Source: Candidatus Zambryskiibacteriota bacterium (GTDB lineage Bacteria > Patescibacteriota > Minisyncoccia > Phycocordibacterales > WO2-35-19). From it: a DNA stretch of 64,000 bases. The first letter of the stretch is position 1, and every line of letters starts with the position of its first letter. The notes beneath the pieces were generated by a model, which had not been told where the DNA came from, made no database searches, and saw only the letters and a program-made list of their open reading frames with translations. The position numbers and the translations under genes were made by a program. Positions 27,726-37,384 of this stretch are shown piece after piece. The stretch is from NCBI GenBank assembly GCA_048499675.1, contig JASNZL010000006.1:2089-66088 (forward strand). Reading direction: 5' to 3'.

Positions 27726-28312
27726 TTACTGTATTTTCTTATTATTGCTGTAACCACCGCTTTAATTTGCAATTCTTCTTTTGGGTATATTGGTTTAAAT
27801 GTTTTGTTGGCTGGTTCAAGATACAGACCATTTTTATCTTTTTTCAGATATTTCATTGTCCACTCACCATCGATTTCAGCTATGACAATTTGACCAATTT
27901 TTGGAGAATCAGTTCTTTCTACCAAAACCATATCACCGTCTCTTATCCCAGCATCATACATAGAGTCTCCCCTGACTTTGAGCATAAAAGTAGCTTCTCT
28001 GTCGTCTACCAAGTAATCCTCCAAAGTGACAGAATCTAAAAGATTTTCTTCTGTCATTGTCGGAAAACCTGCTTCTACAAAGCCCAAGAGTTTTATCTCA
28101 CCAAATTTTCTACCATACACCAATGCACCAGAATCACTCTTTTGTAAGAAATCCAAATCAATTAGTTTTTGTAAAAAAGCAAAAGTACCAGATTTGGATT
28201 TAAAACCTAAGAGCTTCGACGCTTCAGCATAAGAAGGCATACGCTTATTCTTTTTGTAAAAATCCTTAATTTTTTGAGCGCTGATTTTATATTTTGAATT
28301 TAGATTTTCCAT
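27722..28312 (-). CDS. lexA: LexA repressor (S24 peptidase)
   Basis: N-terminal winged HTH. C-terminal VRGDSMYDAGIRDGDMVLVE...EWTMKYL carries the Ser-Lys dyad. Confidence 0.85.
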   Translation of the reverse strand: MENLNSKYKISAQKIKDFYKKNKRMPSYAEASKLLGFKSKSGTFAFLQKLIDLDFLQKSDSGALVYGRKFGEIKLLGFVEAGFPTMTEENLLDSVTLEDYLVDDREATFMLKVRGDSMYDAGIRDGDMVLVERTDSPKIGQIVIAEIDGEWTMKYLKKDKNGLYLEPANKTFKPIYPKEELQIKAVVTAIIRKYSK

Positions 28313-28325
28313 ATAAAAAGCATAT

Positions 28326-28339
28326 CGAACGCTCGTTCG
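28326..28339 (-). promoter_or_regulatory. SOS box (Cheo-type LexA operator CGAAC-N4-GTTCG) 14 nt upstream of the lexA start
   Basis: cgaacgctcgttcg is a perfect CGAACRNRYGTTCG palindrome. Confidence 0.65.
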
Positions 28340-28424
28340 TATTGCAAGGTGCAAACTGTGTATTTCTTTATCTGACTTATCTAAAGTGTCTCAAAAGGCT
28401 TCTGCTCCGTGTTTGGGTGCTATG

Positions 28425-28685
28425 CTAATGCTTTATATTGAATATCTTGTTTTTTGATGTAGCGCCCGAAACAAGATTTATAGAGGATTTGGCTACCCCA
28501 AAATGTTCTGCAAGAATTTTTATTATAGCTTCGTTTGCCCTACCTAAAACCGGCTTCTCTTTTACCTTGATTACAAAACTAAAATCAAATTTTTCTTTTT
28601 TAGCTTCAAACAAATTACTCTGAGCGTTCAATTCCTCAATTTTGTTTTCTTTTGAATTTGGTTTTGCTTTAACAAAAACTTTCAT
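28425..28685 (-). CDS. DUF167/YggU-family protein
   Basis: LGRANEAIIKILAEHFGVAKSSINLVSGATSKNK matches the YggU family. Confidence 0.6.
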   Translation of the reverse strand: MKVFVKAKPNSKENKIEELNAQSNLFEAKKEKFDFSFVIKVKEKPVLGRANEAIIKILAEHFGVAKSSINLVSGATSKNKIFNIKH

Positions 28686-29039
28686 TTTGACTGTGTTTAA
28701 TAAAAGTGTATTCTATAAAAAGAGAGGTGACAAATGAAAAGGATGACAGCAGATGAAATATTTGATTTTTGTACCGGAGGACACGGTGCAAGTAAAGCAA
28801 TAATATACAATTTGGATGCGAATGCATTCAAAAAACTCCTAGATGATCCAGACGCACATATTGTAAAACTAAACCATCCCACAAACGGATTCTACCTACA
28901 CAAGGTGAAATTCAAGGGACAAATTTTCTGTCACAAAAGTACAGAGCGTCTCATTTACGAAGCGTGCTCCTAGTGAGCCGCTTTTTTATTTTCGTCCAAA
29001 ACAGAACAAAACGAAAGTGAAATTTTTCATCTTGTTTAT

Positions 29040-29558
29040 TCAATTTTTTCTTTTTTTCTTTCCCACATCAAGTAAATCTATATTTTTTTGGTAAACACTT
29101 CCAATAAAAGAAATAAAATCCGATAGCGATCTCTCTAAATTCACTTTTGTTTCGTATCTATCTATAAATTGGTTTATTCTGTCTCTAAGATTTGGGTCAA
29201 ATTCTCCATCCTTACCATTTATTATATCCGTAAACTCATTGAGAGACATTCTTTCATCTATTTCTGAGTTTTTTCTTAGATAGGATTCCAAATCAGCCAA
29301 AAGATACTTGGTCAGACGAACTTTCTCTCTGGCTTCCCTCTCTACCTGATTTGCAACATTATTAAATTCCAAGTCCATGTCTTCGGAAATTTTTCTTCCA
29401 ATTAAATTTATTTCTTCGTTTATTTTTTCATCCTCTGGTGTCATTTTTGGATTCTGTGGAAAAGATTCACTCATATATTTTAAATACCTACTAAAGACAT
29501 ATAATAACACAAAAGCCGACTTCAATAGAAATCGGCTTATCAAGTCTTTGTTGGCCAT
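29040..29558 (-). CDS. Hypothetical coiled-coil protein with an N-terminal hydrophobic segment
   Basis: ORF only. Confidence 0.3.
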   Translation of the reverse strand: MANKDLISRFLLKSAFVLLYVFSRYLKYMSESFPQNPKMTPEDEKINEEINLIGRKISEDMDLEFNNVANQVEREAREKVRLTKYLLADLESYLRKNSEIDERMSLNEFTDIINGKDGEFDPNLRDRINQFIDRYETKVNLERSLSDFISFIGSVYQKNIDLLDVGKKKRKN

Positions 29559-29688
29559 TTGGGTATCTTTTTAAAACCAATTATTACAAAAACGACCCAA
29601 ATAACTAAAACCGCAACCAAAAAAACGATTGAGTAAATGAACATAATACTACCTCAAATTTGATTATATGCTTGTTTTTTTATAAGTA

Positions 29689-29723
29689 AAGCCCGCGTTT
29701 GGACTTCGTCCAAACGCGGGCTT
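29689..29723. terminator. Long perfect hairpin terminator
   Basis: aagcccgcgtttggac-ttcg-tccaaacgcgggctt. Confidence 0.65.
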
Positions 29724-29980
29724 GTTGTCAAAACTCGTTCTCCTCCACTCTCCTCTTTTTTTCTTGCCTGATAGCATACATTTTTAAAAAACACGCAACA
29801 TTATTTATTCCGCTTGTGTTGATAAATATTATTGTTTTATTTTTTTCTGCGCGGACTAGTGGACGACCTAATTTTTAATGACTGAAAGGAATATAAAAAT
29901 GGAAGTACTCTTGTAGTGCGATGTTAGAACTGGAATAATAAATAATTTAGTAAAATTTCCTGAGTTTGTGTAATAGAAAA

Positions 29981-30021
29981 CCGCCGACCGTGCCGACGAT
30001 TTTCATCGTCGCGGTCGGCGG
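29981..30021 (-). terminator. Terminator hairpin downstream of the lipoprotein gene
   Basis: ccgccgaccgtgccgacgat-tttc-atcgtcgcggtcggcgg, with a T-run on the minus strand. Confidence 0.6.
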
Positions 30022-30022
30022 A

Positions 30023-30319
30023 TTACTTCTGAGAAGCCGGACAAGCAGAGCTTCGGTATTCTTGAATGGTAACAGTTCCCTGCATAAGACCCCAAGAGCT
30101 GTCTTCCTTGAACTGGTAGGTCTCCGTTTTTTCTCCCTCATGCATGTCCCGAGTAAGAACCCAAAGATTGGACTCCTTCCACGTGACCACAACAAGTTTC
30201 TTGCACGCTTGCAAGTCAATCTTGGAGGATCCACCGTATTGACGAGCCACCTGCTGTTGGGTGCACCCACTCAAAAGAGCACACAACATAATAATTGAAA
30301 AACAAACAAGCTTTTTCAC
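30023..30319 (-). CDS. Small lipoprotein (lipobox LLSGC), GC-rich (about 50%) foreign gene
   Basis: Signal peptide plus LSGC lipobox. GC is far above the flanks. Confidence 0.55.
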   Translation of the reverse strand: MKKLVCFSIIMLCALLSGCTQQQVARQYGGSSKIDLQACKKLVVVTWKESNLWVLTRDMHEGEKTETYQFKEDSSWGLMQGTVTIQEYRSSACPASQK

Positions 30320-30372
30320 AACTCACCTCCTATCTTAAATATTAGCATATAATAAATTTTATGTCAAGCATT

Positions 30373-31456
30373 TGTATCCGTCCAGCACTTTTGAGACTCT
30401 GGGACTGTTAATTTGGAACAAATATACTGCAAAGGAGAGAGCATGTGAAGAGCATAGTGGGGACGACGAGTGTTGTACCAAATGAGCCAGTCAATTAGTT
30501 TCTTGTTAAATTCAGGTACATTATCTCGAAGAAGTGATCTGTGATAAACAAGGAACTCTTCATTTAGACTACGATTAAATCTCTCCAAATGAGCGTTTCT
30601 TTAGGTGATCTTTGGATGAGTATTGTAGGGGACCTGTTTCTTCCACTGCTTGTGGAAGTGGAGAGCAAAACTCTGATCCATTGTCAGTCTGGACATCTTT
30701 TGGGACACAAAGGTAGAACCTGACGAGTTTTGAGAGAAAATCGGCGCATCTCTGATCCATGATTAGTATAGGCTGTAGCAAAAGCAGTACGTTTTTTCGA
30801 TATCTATGCCAGTCAAAAATGTATCGCTTCACTCCATCCACAAATCGTACAACAGTATCAACTTCCAACACTCTATATCCTTGGGTCTCCTGAGCTTCTT
30901 TTCTAGGCTTGTATACTGCTCAATTAGCTTTCCAGTCTTTCCTGAGACGGGAGGTTTCCCTCGTTTTTTGGAACTTCATTTGAAACTTTAAGTCATTAAT
31001 CATTCGACCAACAGTTGAGGGTGAAAGGTCTGCCACTTTCATTTTTCAACATGACAGAAAGTTTTTCCTTCGAGAGACGAGGAGTTTGTCCTCTTCTTTT
31101 CAAAATGAAAGCTTCCAACGCTTCCGGTACGGTTCTTTTTTTTTCTTCTGTGTATTGGAGCTGTACTTTTCTTTTTGTTCAGATTCTTAATTTTCTCCTA
31201 GGTTAGCTTTTTAATTTTTCTGCCATCGGAAAAAGAGTTGGTCTAGAAACCTTGAAAGCTTCCTTTGTAGCTTCCATACTATATGCCTCTTCCAGAAAGA
31301 GAGTATTTTAGCTCTTTCTTTTGCTTGTTCGGTAATCATATACCGAAATCGTATCACTCTTTCCCAAGTATTTTAAACTCTGGTTCCCCTAAATTTGTTG
31401 AAAAATGCCATACAAAAACTTTAAACCAGAGTCTCATATGTTTCTGAACTTATGCA
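30373..31456 (-). pseudogene. Decayed second copy of the IS481-like element (transposase broken by many homopolymer indels), flanked by a 5-bp GCATT target duplication
   Basis: About 95% identical to 8646-9725 but carrying more than 10 single-base indels. The ORF track shows only fragments (30364-30588, 30575-30871). GCATT occurs on both flanks. Confidence 0.75.
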
Positions 31457-31694
31457 GCATTTCTTGTCGCAAACCTGTTTATACATTGAAAAATAAGGCT
31501 TAATACTAAAACAATACCTTGTCACACACAATCTTCGCACTTTACAGAATAAACAAAACATCGTCCTTCCATATATTTTTTTATAATGCTCATTAACATA
31601 TATTATAACAAAATCCGCCCCAATAAAACGGGTCGAATTTTATCTATGCGCGGTCTAGTGGACGGTGTTGGAACTAAAATACAAAACATTTATT

Positions 31695-32813
31695 CTAAGG
31701 CAAAGACTCTACATTTTTAAGCCTAGGATATAATATAACATCACGGATATTTTCATATCCAAGCACCCAGGCAATAAATCTTTCAATTCCTAATCCAAAA
31801 CCTGATGTAATTTTGTAATTATCTTGTCTACGTAAATCTATATACCATTCATAATTTTTAGAGTCTACAGATTGTCTTTTTAATGATTCATAAATTTCAC
31901 TCGGATTATCTTGCCTTTGACCAGCTCCAACAATTTCTCCTGAAAAACCTTCAGTTGATAGAGGGGGAAACATTAAATCCGAAGCAATTACTGAATCATT
32001 ATTAAATGGTTTTTGATAAAAAGGAGTCATATCTCTATCAAAATTTGTAATCCAAAATGGCTTAAAATTACCCCTATTAGCTGCATATGCCCTTTCTCCT
32101 TTTGCTGATATCTTTCTACCAAAATTATTCTGTATAACATATTCATTACCGCCTTTTCCTTCCAAATCCTTAAAAACCTCATCAAAAGTAACAGAATCCA
32201 ATCTTTCACTTTTTTGAATAGAAATTAAAGCAGCTTTAGTGTTCAAAGGATCAATGGCCATTTTTTCAACAATTGGCATAAGTGACATACAAATTTCAGA
32301 TAGTGCTTTTATATAATCTTCAACCAGTGGTATTAGATTTTCCATTTTGTCTAAAATTTCTGCTTCGCAATGATAAAATTGATTTAAATGTCTTTCATCA
32401 GGATCTTCTCCTCTCATTGAGGGTAAATAACAGTATAATTTATCAATATTATTACCAAGTAACGGTTCAAAACCAAATTGTGATGAATCAGTAAGATTAG
32501 TTAAATTCTCCCCCAATTTGAAAGCAATGGCTTCAGAATCAGACCCAGGACCCATTGGTGAGGATACACTTGAAGTCATCATAAACAGATCAATATTCTT
32601 TGCTCCAACATGATTACTAAAAAAATCATCTGAAGCCAGTTTAATATAATGTCTTAATATGATAAGTGCTTCATAGTAAGGATTTTTAATAATGTCTAAA
32701 TAATAACTACTTGGAATATATTTGGAAGGTCTTAATTCTGAATTTATATTTTCAATAAACTTTCCAGACTCACTTTTAGCCTTTTTTAAAATTTTTTTAG
32801 ATACAAAAGTCAT
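31695..32813 (-). CDS. Asparaginyl-tRNA-synthetase-like protein: class IIb catalytic core only, no anticodon-binding domain
   Basis: Motif 2 is YLPSMRGEDPDERHLNQFYHCEAEI. Motif 3 is NYEWYIDLRRQDNYKITSGFGLGIERFIAWVLGYENIRDVILYPR, nearly co-linear with AsnRS DYWWYRDLRRYG...[27 protein letters not shown]. The N-terminal 120 aa are unrelated to the OB fold. Confidence 0.75.
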   Translation of the reverse strand: MTFVSKKILKKAKSESGKFIENINSELRPSKYIPSSYYLDIIKNPYYEALIILRHYIKLASDDFFSNHVGAKNIDLFMMTSSVSSPMGPGSDSEAIAFKLGENLTNLTDSSQFGFEPLLGNNIDKLYCYLPSMRGEDPDERHLNQFYHCEAEILDKMENLIPLVEDYIKALSEICMSLMPIVEKMAIDPLNTKAALISIQKSERLDSVTFDEVFKDLEGKGGNEYVIQNNFGRKISAKGERAYAANRGNFKPFWITNFDRDMTPFYQKPFNNDSVIASDLMFPPLSTEGFSGEIVGAGQRQDNPSEIYESLKRQSVDSKNYEWYIDLRRQDNYKITSGFGLGIERFIAWVLGYENIRDVILYPRLKNVESLP

Positions 32814-32818
32814 AAAAT

Positions 32819-33763
32819 TTATTGATTGAATATTAAAATGTTTTTAGAAGTATTTATGTGAGCAATGCCTCCAATAGGTATTGTGAACATTGGGTCTGTG
32901 TGACCAAAATCTAAATTATATAATATTGGTATATTTAAATCTCCACATATTTCATTAATTAAATCAATAAGTTGTTCGTCGTCTATATTAGCAGATTCAG
33001 CAAAACGACCAAAAACTAAACCTTTTATTTTTGAAAAATTTTTCTGTAGAGATAATTGTGTTAAAAATCTTCTAAACATGGTATTTGTTATAGTTTCATC
33101 TTCTTCTATAAAAATAATACTACCTTCTAATTCAGGAAAATACTCTGTACCTGCTAAAATTAATATAGTTTGTAGATTACCCGCAATAATTTTACCTGTC
33201 GCTATACCAGTTCCAACAACAAGACGTCCTTTATTTTTTTTTATTTCTCTTACCAAGTTTTCAGGTGGTTTTTTTAAATAATAAGCATCATCGGCATATA
33301 CCTCTGAATCAGAAATCAATATCTCAGATTCACCTGATACAGCTTTTTTCATATATTCTAAAGTATATTCGAGTGGCTCTGGCTTAAGATAAGTTATGCC
33401 TGCTGGTCCCAGATAAGTAATTTGACCAGTTTTTTGTGTTATCGCTATAAGTAATGCAGTAGTATCTGAAAAACCTATTGTGGGTTTAAAATTATTTTTT
33501 ATTAGTTCATAATCTAAATGTTTCAAAACTTCATTTGTATTAAATCCACCCCAAAAAGACATCACGATATCAATAGTATCATCTTGATACAGCTCATGTA
33601 GAGCATCTGCTCTCTCTTTTGCAGTTCCGGCCAAGTATCCATTATGAACCTTTTTACATATAGAATGTTCAAATACATTAAACCCATTGTTTTTTAAAAA
33701 TTCATATTTTCTTTGTTCACCTTTTGGTGTCATATCTCCGGTTGCAAAAATTCCAATATTCAT
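32819..33763 (-). CDS. S66-family serine peptidase (LD-carboxypeptidase / MccF-like)
   Basis: Nucleophile motif GFSDTTAL, with length and architecture typical of LdcA/MccF. Confidence 0.7.
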   Translation of the reverse strand: MNIGIFATGDMTPKGEQRKYEFLKNNGFNVFEHSICKKVHNGYLAGTAKERADALHELYQDDTIDIVMSFWGGFNTNEVLKHLDYELIKNNFKPTIGFSDTTALLIAITQKTGQITYLGPAGITYLKPEPLEYTLEYMKKAVSGESEILISDSEVYADDAYYLKKPPENLVREIKKNKGRLVVGTGIATGKIIAGNLQTILILAGTEYFPELEGSIIFIEEDETITNTMFRRFLTQLSLQKNFSKIKGLVFGRFAESANIDDEQLIDLINEICGDLNIPILYNLDFGHTDPMFTIPIGGIAHINTSKNILIFNQ

Positions 33764-33767
33764 AAAT

Positions 33768-34928
33768 CTATTTATTATTTGATAAAACCTCTAAATATAT
33801 ATCTCGAGTTTTGATTAACATCTTTTCTAGAGAATAGTGTTCTTCATAATATTTTAAAGTATCTTTACGCATCTTTAATATTTTATCTTCTGATAATTTC
33901 AACATTATACTTGCTGAATTTCCAATAACATCTTCATCGACTCGAAAACCTGATACTTCGTTTTCAAACATTTTTGATACAGAATCCAAATTAGGTAATA
34001 TTGGTATGCATCCGCAAGACATACTATCTATTATTGAAATAGGAAAAACATCTGATGTTGAAAATAACACAGAGAAAGAACAGTTCACCATTATAGATTT
34101 CATCTCACTAGGATCATCTAAATATCCGTATAGTTTTACGAATGGTAAGTTTTCCTTTTTTATTTGTTCATATAGTTCTCCTTCCCCTATTACATGTAGA
34201 TTTACATTATTAGTTAATCTAATTTTTTTTACTAAATCAATTGCTTTCAGTATTCCTTTGTCATAACTTAATTTTCCTAAATACAGAATATCTGTTGTTA
34301 CTTTTAAATTATTTTGATCAACAGGTTCAATTTTTGATGTATGATGTATAATTGATATATTATTTCTTTTTATTTCATATTCTTTCTCTACTACTTTTTT
34401 AGATTCATCAGAAAAACATATAATATGATTTGAATTAAGCAACATATCTTTTTCAATATTAATAATATCAAGATGCTTTTCTTCTATTGGGTTTTCTATC
34501 ATTTTTTCATATTGTTTTTGCAAAAAATGAATTGAAGATATAATTGGAATTTTTAAAGCCTTACTAACTTTTTTTGCTGTTATCCAAGACATCCAATTGT
34601 TTGAATGTATTACAATATTTTTTAGATTATTATTCTTAATAAAATTAATAATATGCTTAGCAAGAAAATCCTGCCAAATTAAAAAATTATTATAATTATC
34701 AAAAATAGAGTACTTATCATGACTTAAATATTTTTCATCTTCCTCCATTTCGGTTGTAATTATTGTTTTATCAAAAACTCTAACTTTCTTTGCGGTAGCC
34801 ACATAAGATTGTATATCTGAATATTCCCTTAAACCATTATGAAGCCTTTCTACATAAATACCCATACCCCATAATGAATTAGGTGGATAATCTGAAGTTA
34901 TATGAATCACTACTATATTTCTTGACAT
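33768..34928 (-). CDS. Glycosyltransferase, GT4 (GT-B) family
   Basis: C-terminal GT4 motifs ...LYLGKLSYDKGI...E(x7)E region; 386 aa. Confidence 0.6.
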   Translation of the reverse strand: MSRNIVVIHITSDYPPNSLWGMGIYVERLHNGLREYSDIQSYVATAKKVRVFDKTIITTEMEEDEKYLSHDKYSIFDNYNNFLIWQDFLAKHIINFIKNNNLKNIVIHSNNWMSWITAKKVSKALKIPIISSIHFLQKQYEKMIENPIEEKHLDIINIEKDMLLNSNHIICFSDESKKVVEKEYEIKRNNISIIHHTSKIEPVDQNNLKVTTDILYLGKLSYDKGILKAIDLVKKIRLTNNVNLHVIGEGELYEQIKKENLPFVKLYGYLDDPSEMKSIMVNCSFSVLFSTSDVFPISIIDSMSCGCIPILPNLDSVSKMFENEVSGFRVDEDVIGNSASIMLKLSEDKILKMRKDTLKYYEEHYSLEKMLIKTRDIYLEVLSNNK

Positions 34929-36076
34929 AATTTATATATTTTAGAATTACTATCATAATTTTTACCTACTTGTAATAATAATTCCCCCACTCTTATCCCG
35001 TTTTGAGAGATGTAATCTGCAATATTTTTCTTAGCTTTATCATCATCAATATCTCTTTTTATAATATCAACAAAAATACTTTCTAATTTTTTTAATACTT
35101 CCAAACGAGAGTCAAATTTTTCTAAGAATATATCGACATCTATGTCACCATTAAAAAGTTCTTTGTATTTTATTGCAATATTTTTAATTTCTTCTCTAGT
35201 AAAACCAACTGTCTGTGAAAGAAAAAAAACAGCATTAATATATTTGTTAATCATTTTTTTTGTTCTTCCTCTGGCTTGTTGAATTATGGAAATAGCGTTT
35301 AAAACAACTTCTAGATATGTTAATGCTTTTTTCTCCAAAGGTGAGCTGTGCTCTCTTACTTTGAACATGTTGGAATTTTTAAAAGGATCTCCTGATCCGG
35401 TTAATGACATTTCTAAAAATTCACGGCCAACACCAAACTCTATAGCTAATTCTTTGTCATCTTTATAAATCAAAACTATATTCCCAACATCCCACCATTC
35501 TCCATTTTTATCTTTTATAAAAATTGTAATTCCTTCACCTTTTAAATTATCAATACCATATTTCCATTGGTAAAAACGCGAATAATCTACTTCTGTTTGT
35601 ATACCCCTTTTGACAAATGGACCCAGGAGTTCAGAATGTTTTTCTGGAACAGTTGGTTTAATTAGTAAATTTTTATTATCAACCCCATATTTTTCTTTTA
35701 ATAATTTAATAACATCATTTACTATTTTGTCATATTCACCAGGTGGACAAAATATTCCATCTATATGAAAAAATGGCATACCAAAAGGTATATGCGATGT
35801 ATCATAAGCATTAATAATATCATGTGTCCTAATACAAGATTGATTAATAACAAAGCTATTTTCTGGAGATTTTCCACTTATTAAATAATCTTTAAAGGCA
35901 TTTATAGAAGATCCAACAAAAGGAACTGTGTCATCTTCCTCAGAAGGATTTAAAGATAAGCTTTCTCTTTTTATGTATCCTAAATCTACAAAATGATTAA
36001 GAAAAGTTTTATGTGTTTCTTGAGATTCAATGCTAGAGCTATTTTCTATATTACTACTAAAGTTAAAATTCTTCAT
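34913..36076 (-). CDS. Alanyl-tRNA-synthetase-like protein: class IIc catalytic domain only, no tRNA-recognition, editing or C-terminal domains
   Basis: FLNHF...[28 protein letters not shown] ~ AlaRS FLDFF...[35 protein letters not shown] ~ [24 protein letters not shown] ~ TFFEMLGNFSFGDY. GNIVLIY ~ [17 protein letters not shown] ~ DTGMGLERI (motif 3). Confidence 0.7.
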   Translation of the reverse strand: [387 protein letters not shown]

Positions 36077-36081
36077 CTTAT

Positions 36082-36897
36082 TTAAACAAAAAACTCAGGT
36101 TCCTCTTTTATTTTTCTTTTTCGATATATTTGAATAGAGAAACCTAAATACTTGTGATTTTCATTAAAAACTTGTATATGTTTTTTCCAACGTTCTCTGA
36201 TTACCTCTTGCAAATCATTGTTTAAATTTTGAATGTGTTCTTTTTGAATGAAATATGAAACATAGTCATTTATTTCCATTTCTGTTTTTGATGATAAAGT
36301 TTTAGTTTCTTCATGATATAACTCCCACAATTCATTTTCCGCCAAAATCTTATTTTTCCAATCACCGGCATTCATTGGAGTAATTTCAATACCTAATATT
36401 TTGTTTATAGAATTAATAATTTCTTTGGGTGGATCTGTATGATATACAAGTGGAGTAATTATCAAAAACCCCCAATTTTTTAAGATACGAAAGTATTCTT
36501 CTAAAGCTTTTTCTTTTCTACTCATGAAACCCGTCGCTCCTCCTGCCATAATAATATCAAAATATTCATCCTTATAAGGTATGTCGTAACTACTTGCAAC
36601 CTTAAAATTAACCCTGTGACTAATTTCTTTGCAGTCTGATTTTTTTATTTCATTCGCAATTTCCACACATTTTTCGGATATATCAATACCATATATTTTA
36701 GCTTTAGATATTCTTACAAATTCTAAAGAGGTAAACCCTGTATTAGAACCAATCTCTAATATTTTTGTTTTTTCGTTTATATCAATAATCTCTCTTATCC
36801 TTTTTATAGTTTGTTTACCTCCAGGACATCTATTAGTCTCTTTAATAAACGCGATAAAATCGGTATAAGACATATCCTTTATAGTTTTCAGATCCAT
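36082..36897 (-). CDS. Class I SAM-dependent methyltransferase
   Basis: Motif I ILEIGSNTGFTSLEF and a post-I acidic residue (YGIDISE). Confidence 0.7.
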   Translation of the reverse strand: MDLKTIKDMSYTDFIAFIKETNRCPGGKQTIKRIREIIDINEKTKILEIGSNTGFTSLEFVRISKAKIYGIDISEKCVEIANEIKKSDCKEISHRVNFKVASSYDIPYKDEYFDIIMAGGATGFMSRKEKALEEYFRILKNWGFLIITPLVYHTDPPKEIINSINKILGIEITPMNAGDWKNKILAENELWELYHEETKTLSSKTEMEINDYVSYFIQKEHIQNLNNDLQEVIRERWKKHIQVFNENHKYLGFSIQIYRKRKIKEEPEFFV

Positions 36898-37384
36898 TAA
36901 TAGAGATTATCACATTTGTGTGAAATAGAAAATATTTTATTTAAGCTAGATATTCAAAGAATATTCCTTGGCGCGAGTGATCCTCTTTCGCTTAAGCTAC
37001 AGTGGGACGCAGTAGGATTTGGTCACACATATTTTTCTCGCCGTCGCTCGAAAAATTGTTCGACCCCGCCTCTCTTCTGAACTTTGCTAAGTCCAGCCTC
37101 CGCTTCGCTTCGGGCGCTGCGGCTTTCAAGTCCCATCGTGCTTAGCATAAGCACCAAAAGAAAATCCCAGTTTTTACTGGGATTTTCTTTTGTCGCTGCG
37201 CGAGTGATGGGAATCTTTTCCTCAACTCAAAATTTTTTCAGTCAAAAAATTTTGGTCTGGGCACCGGCTCATGGAAATTTTTTGCTAAAAATTTCACATT
37301 CCGCCGTTCAAGTCCCATACGCAAAGCAAGCAGTTGCTTTGCTCACTCGCTTAAACAAAAAGCCCCCAGAGGGGGTTTTGTTTG

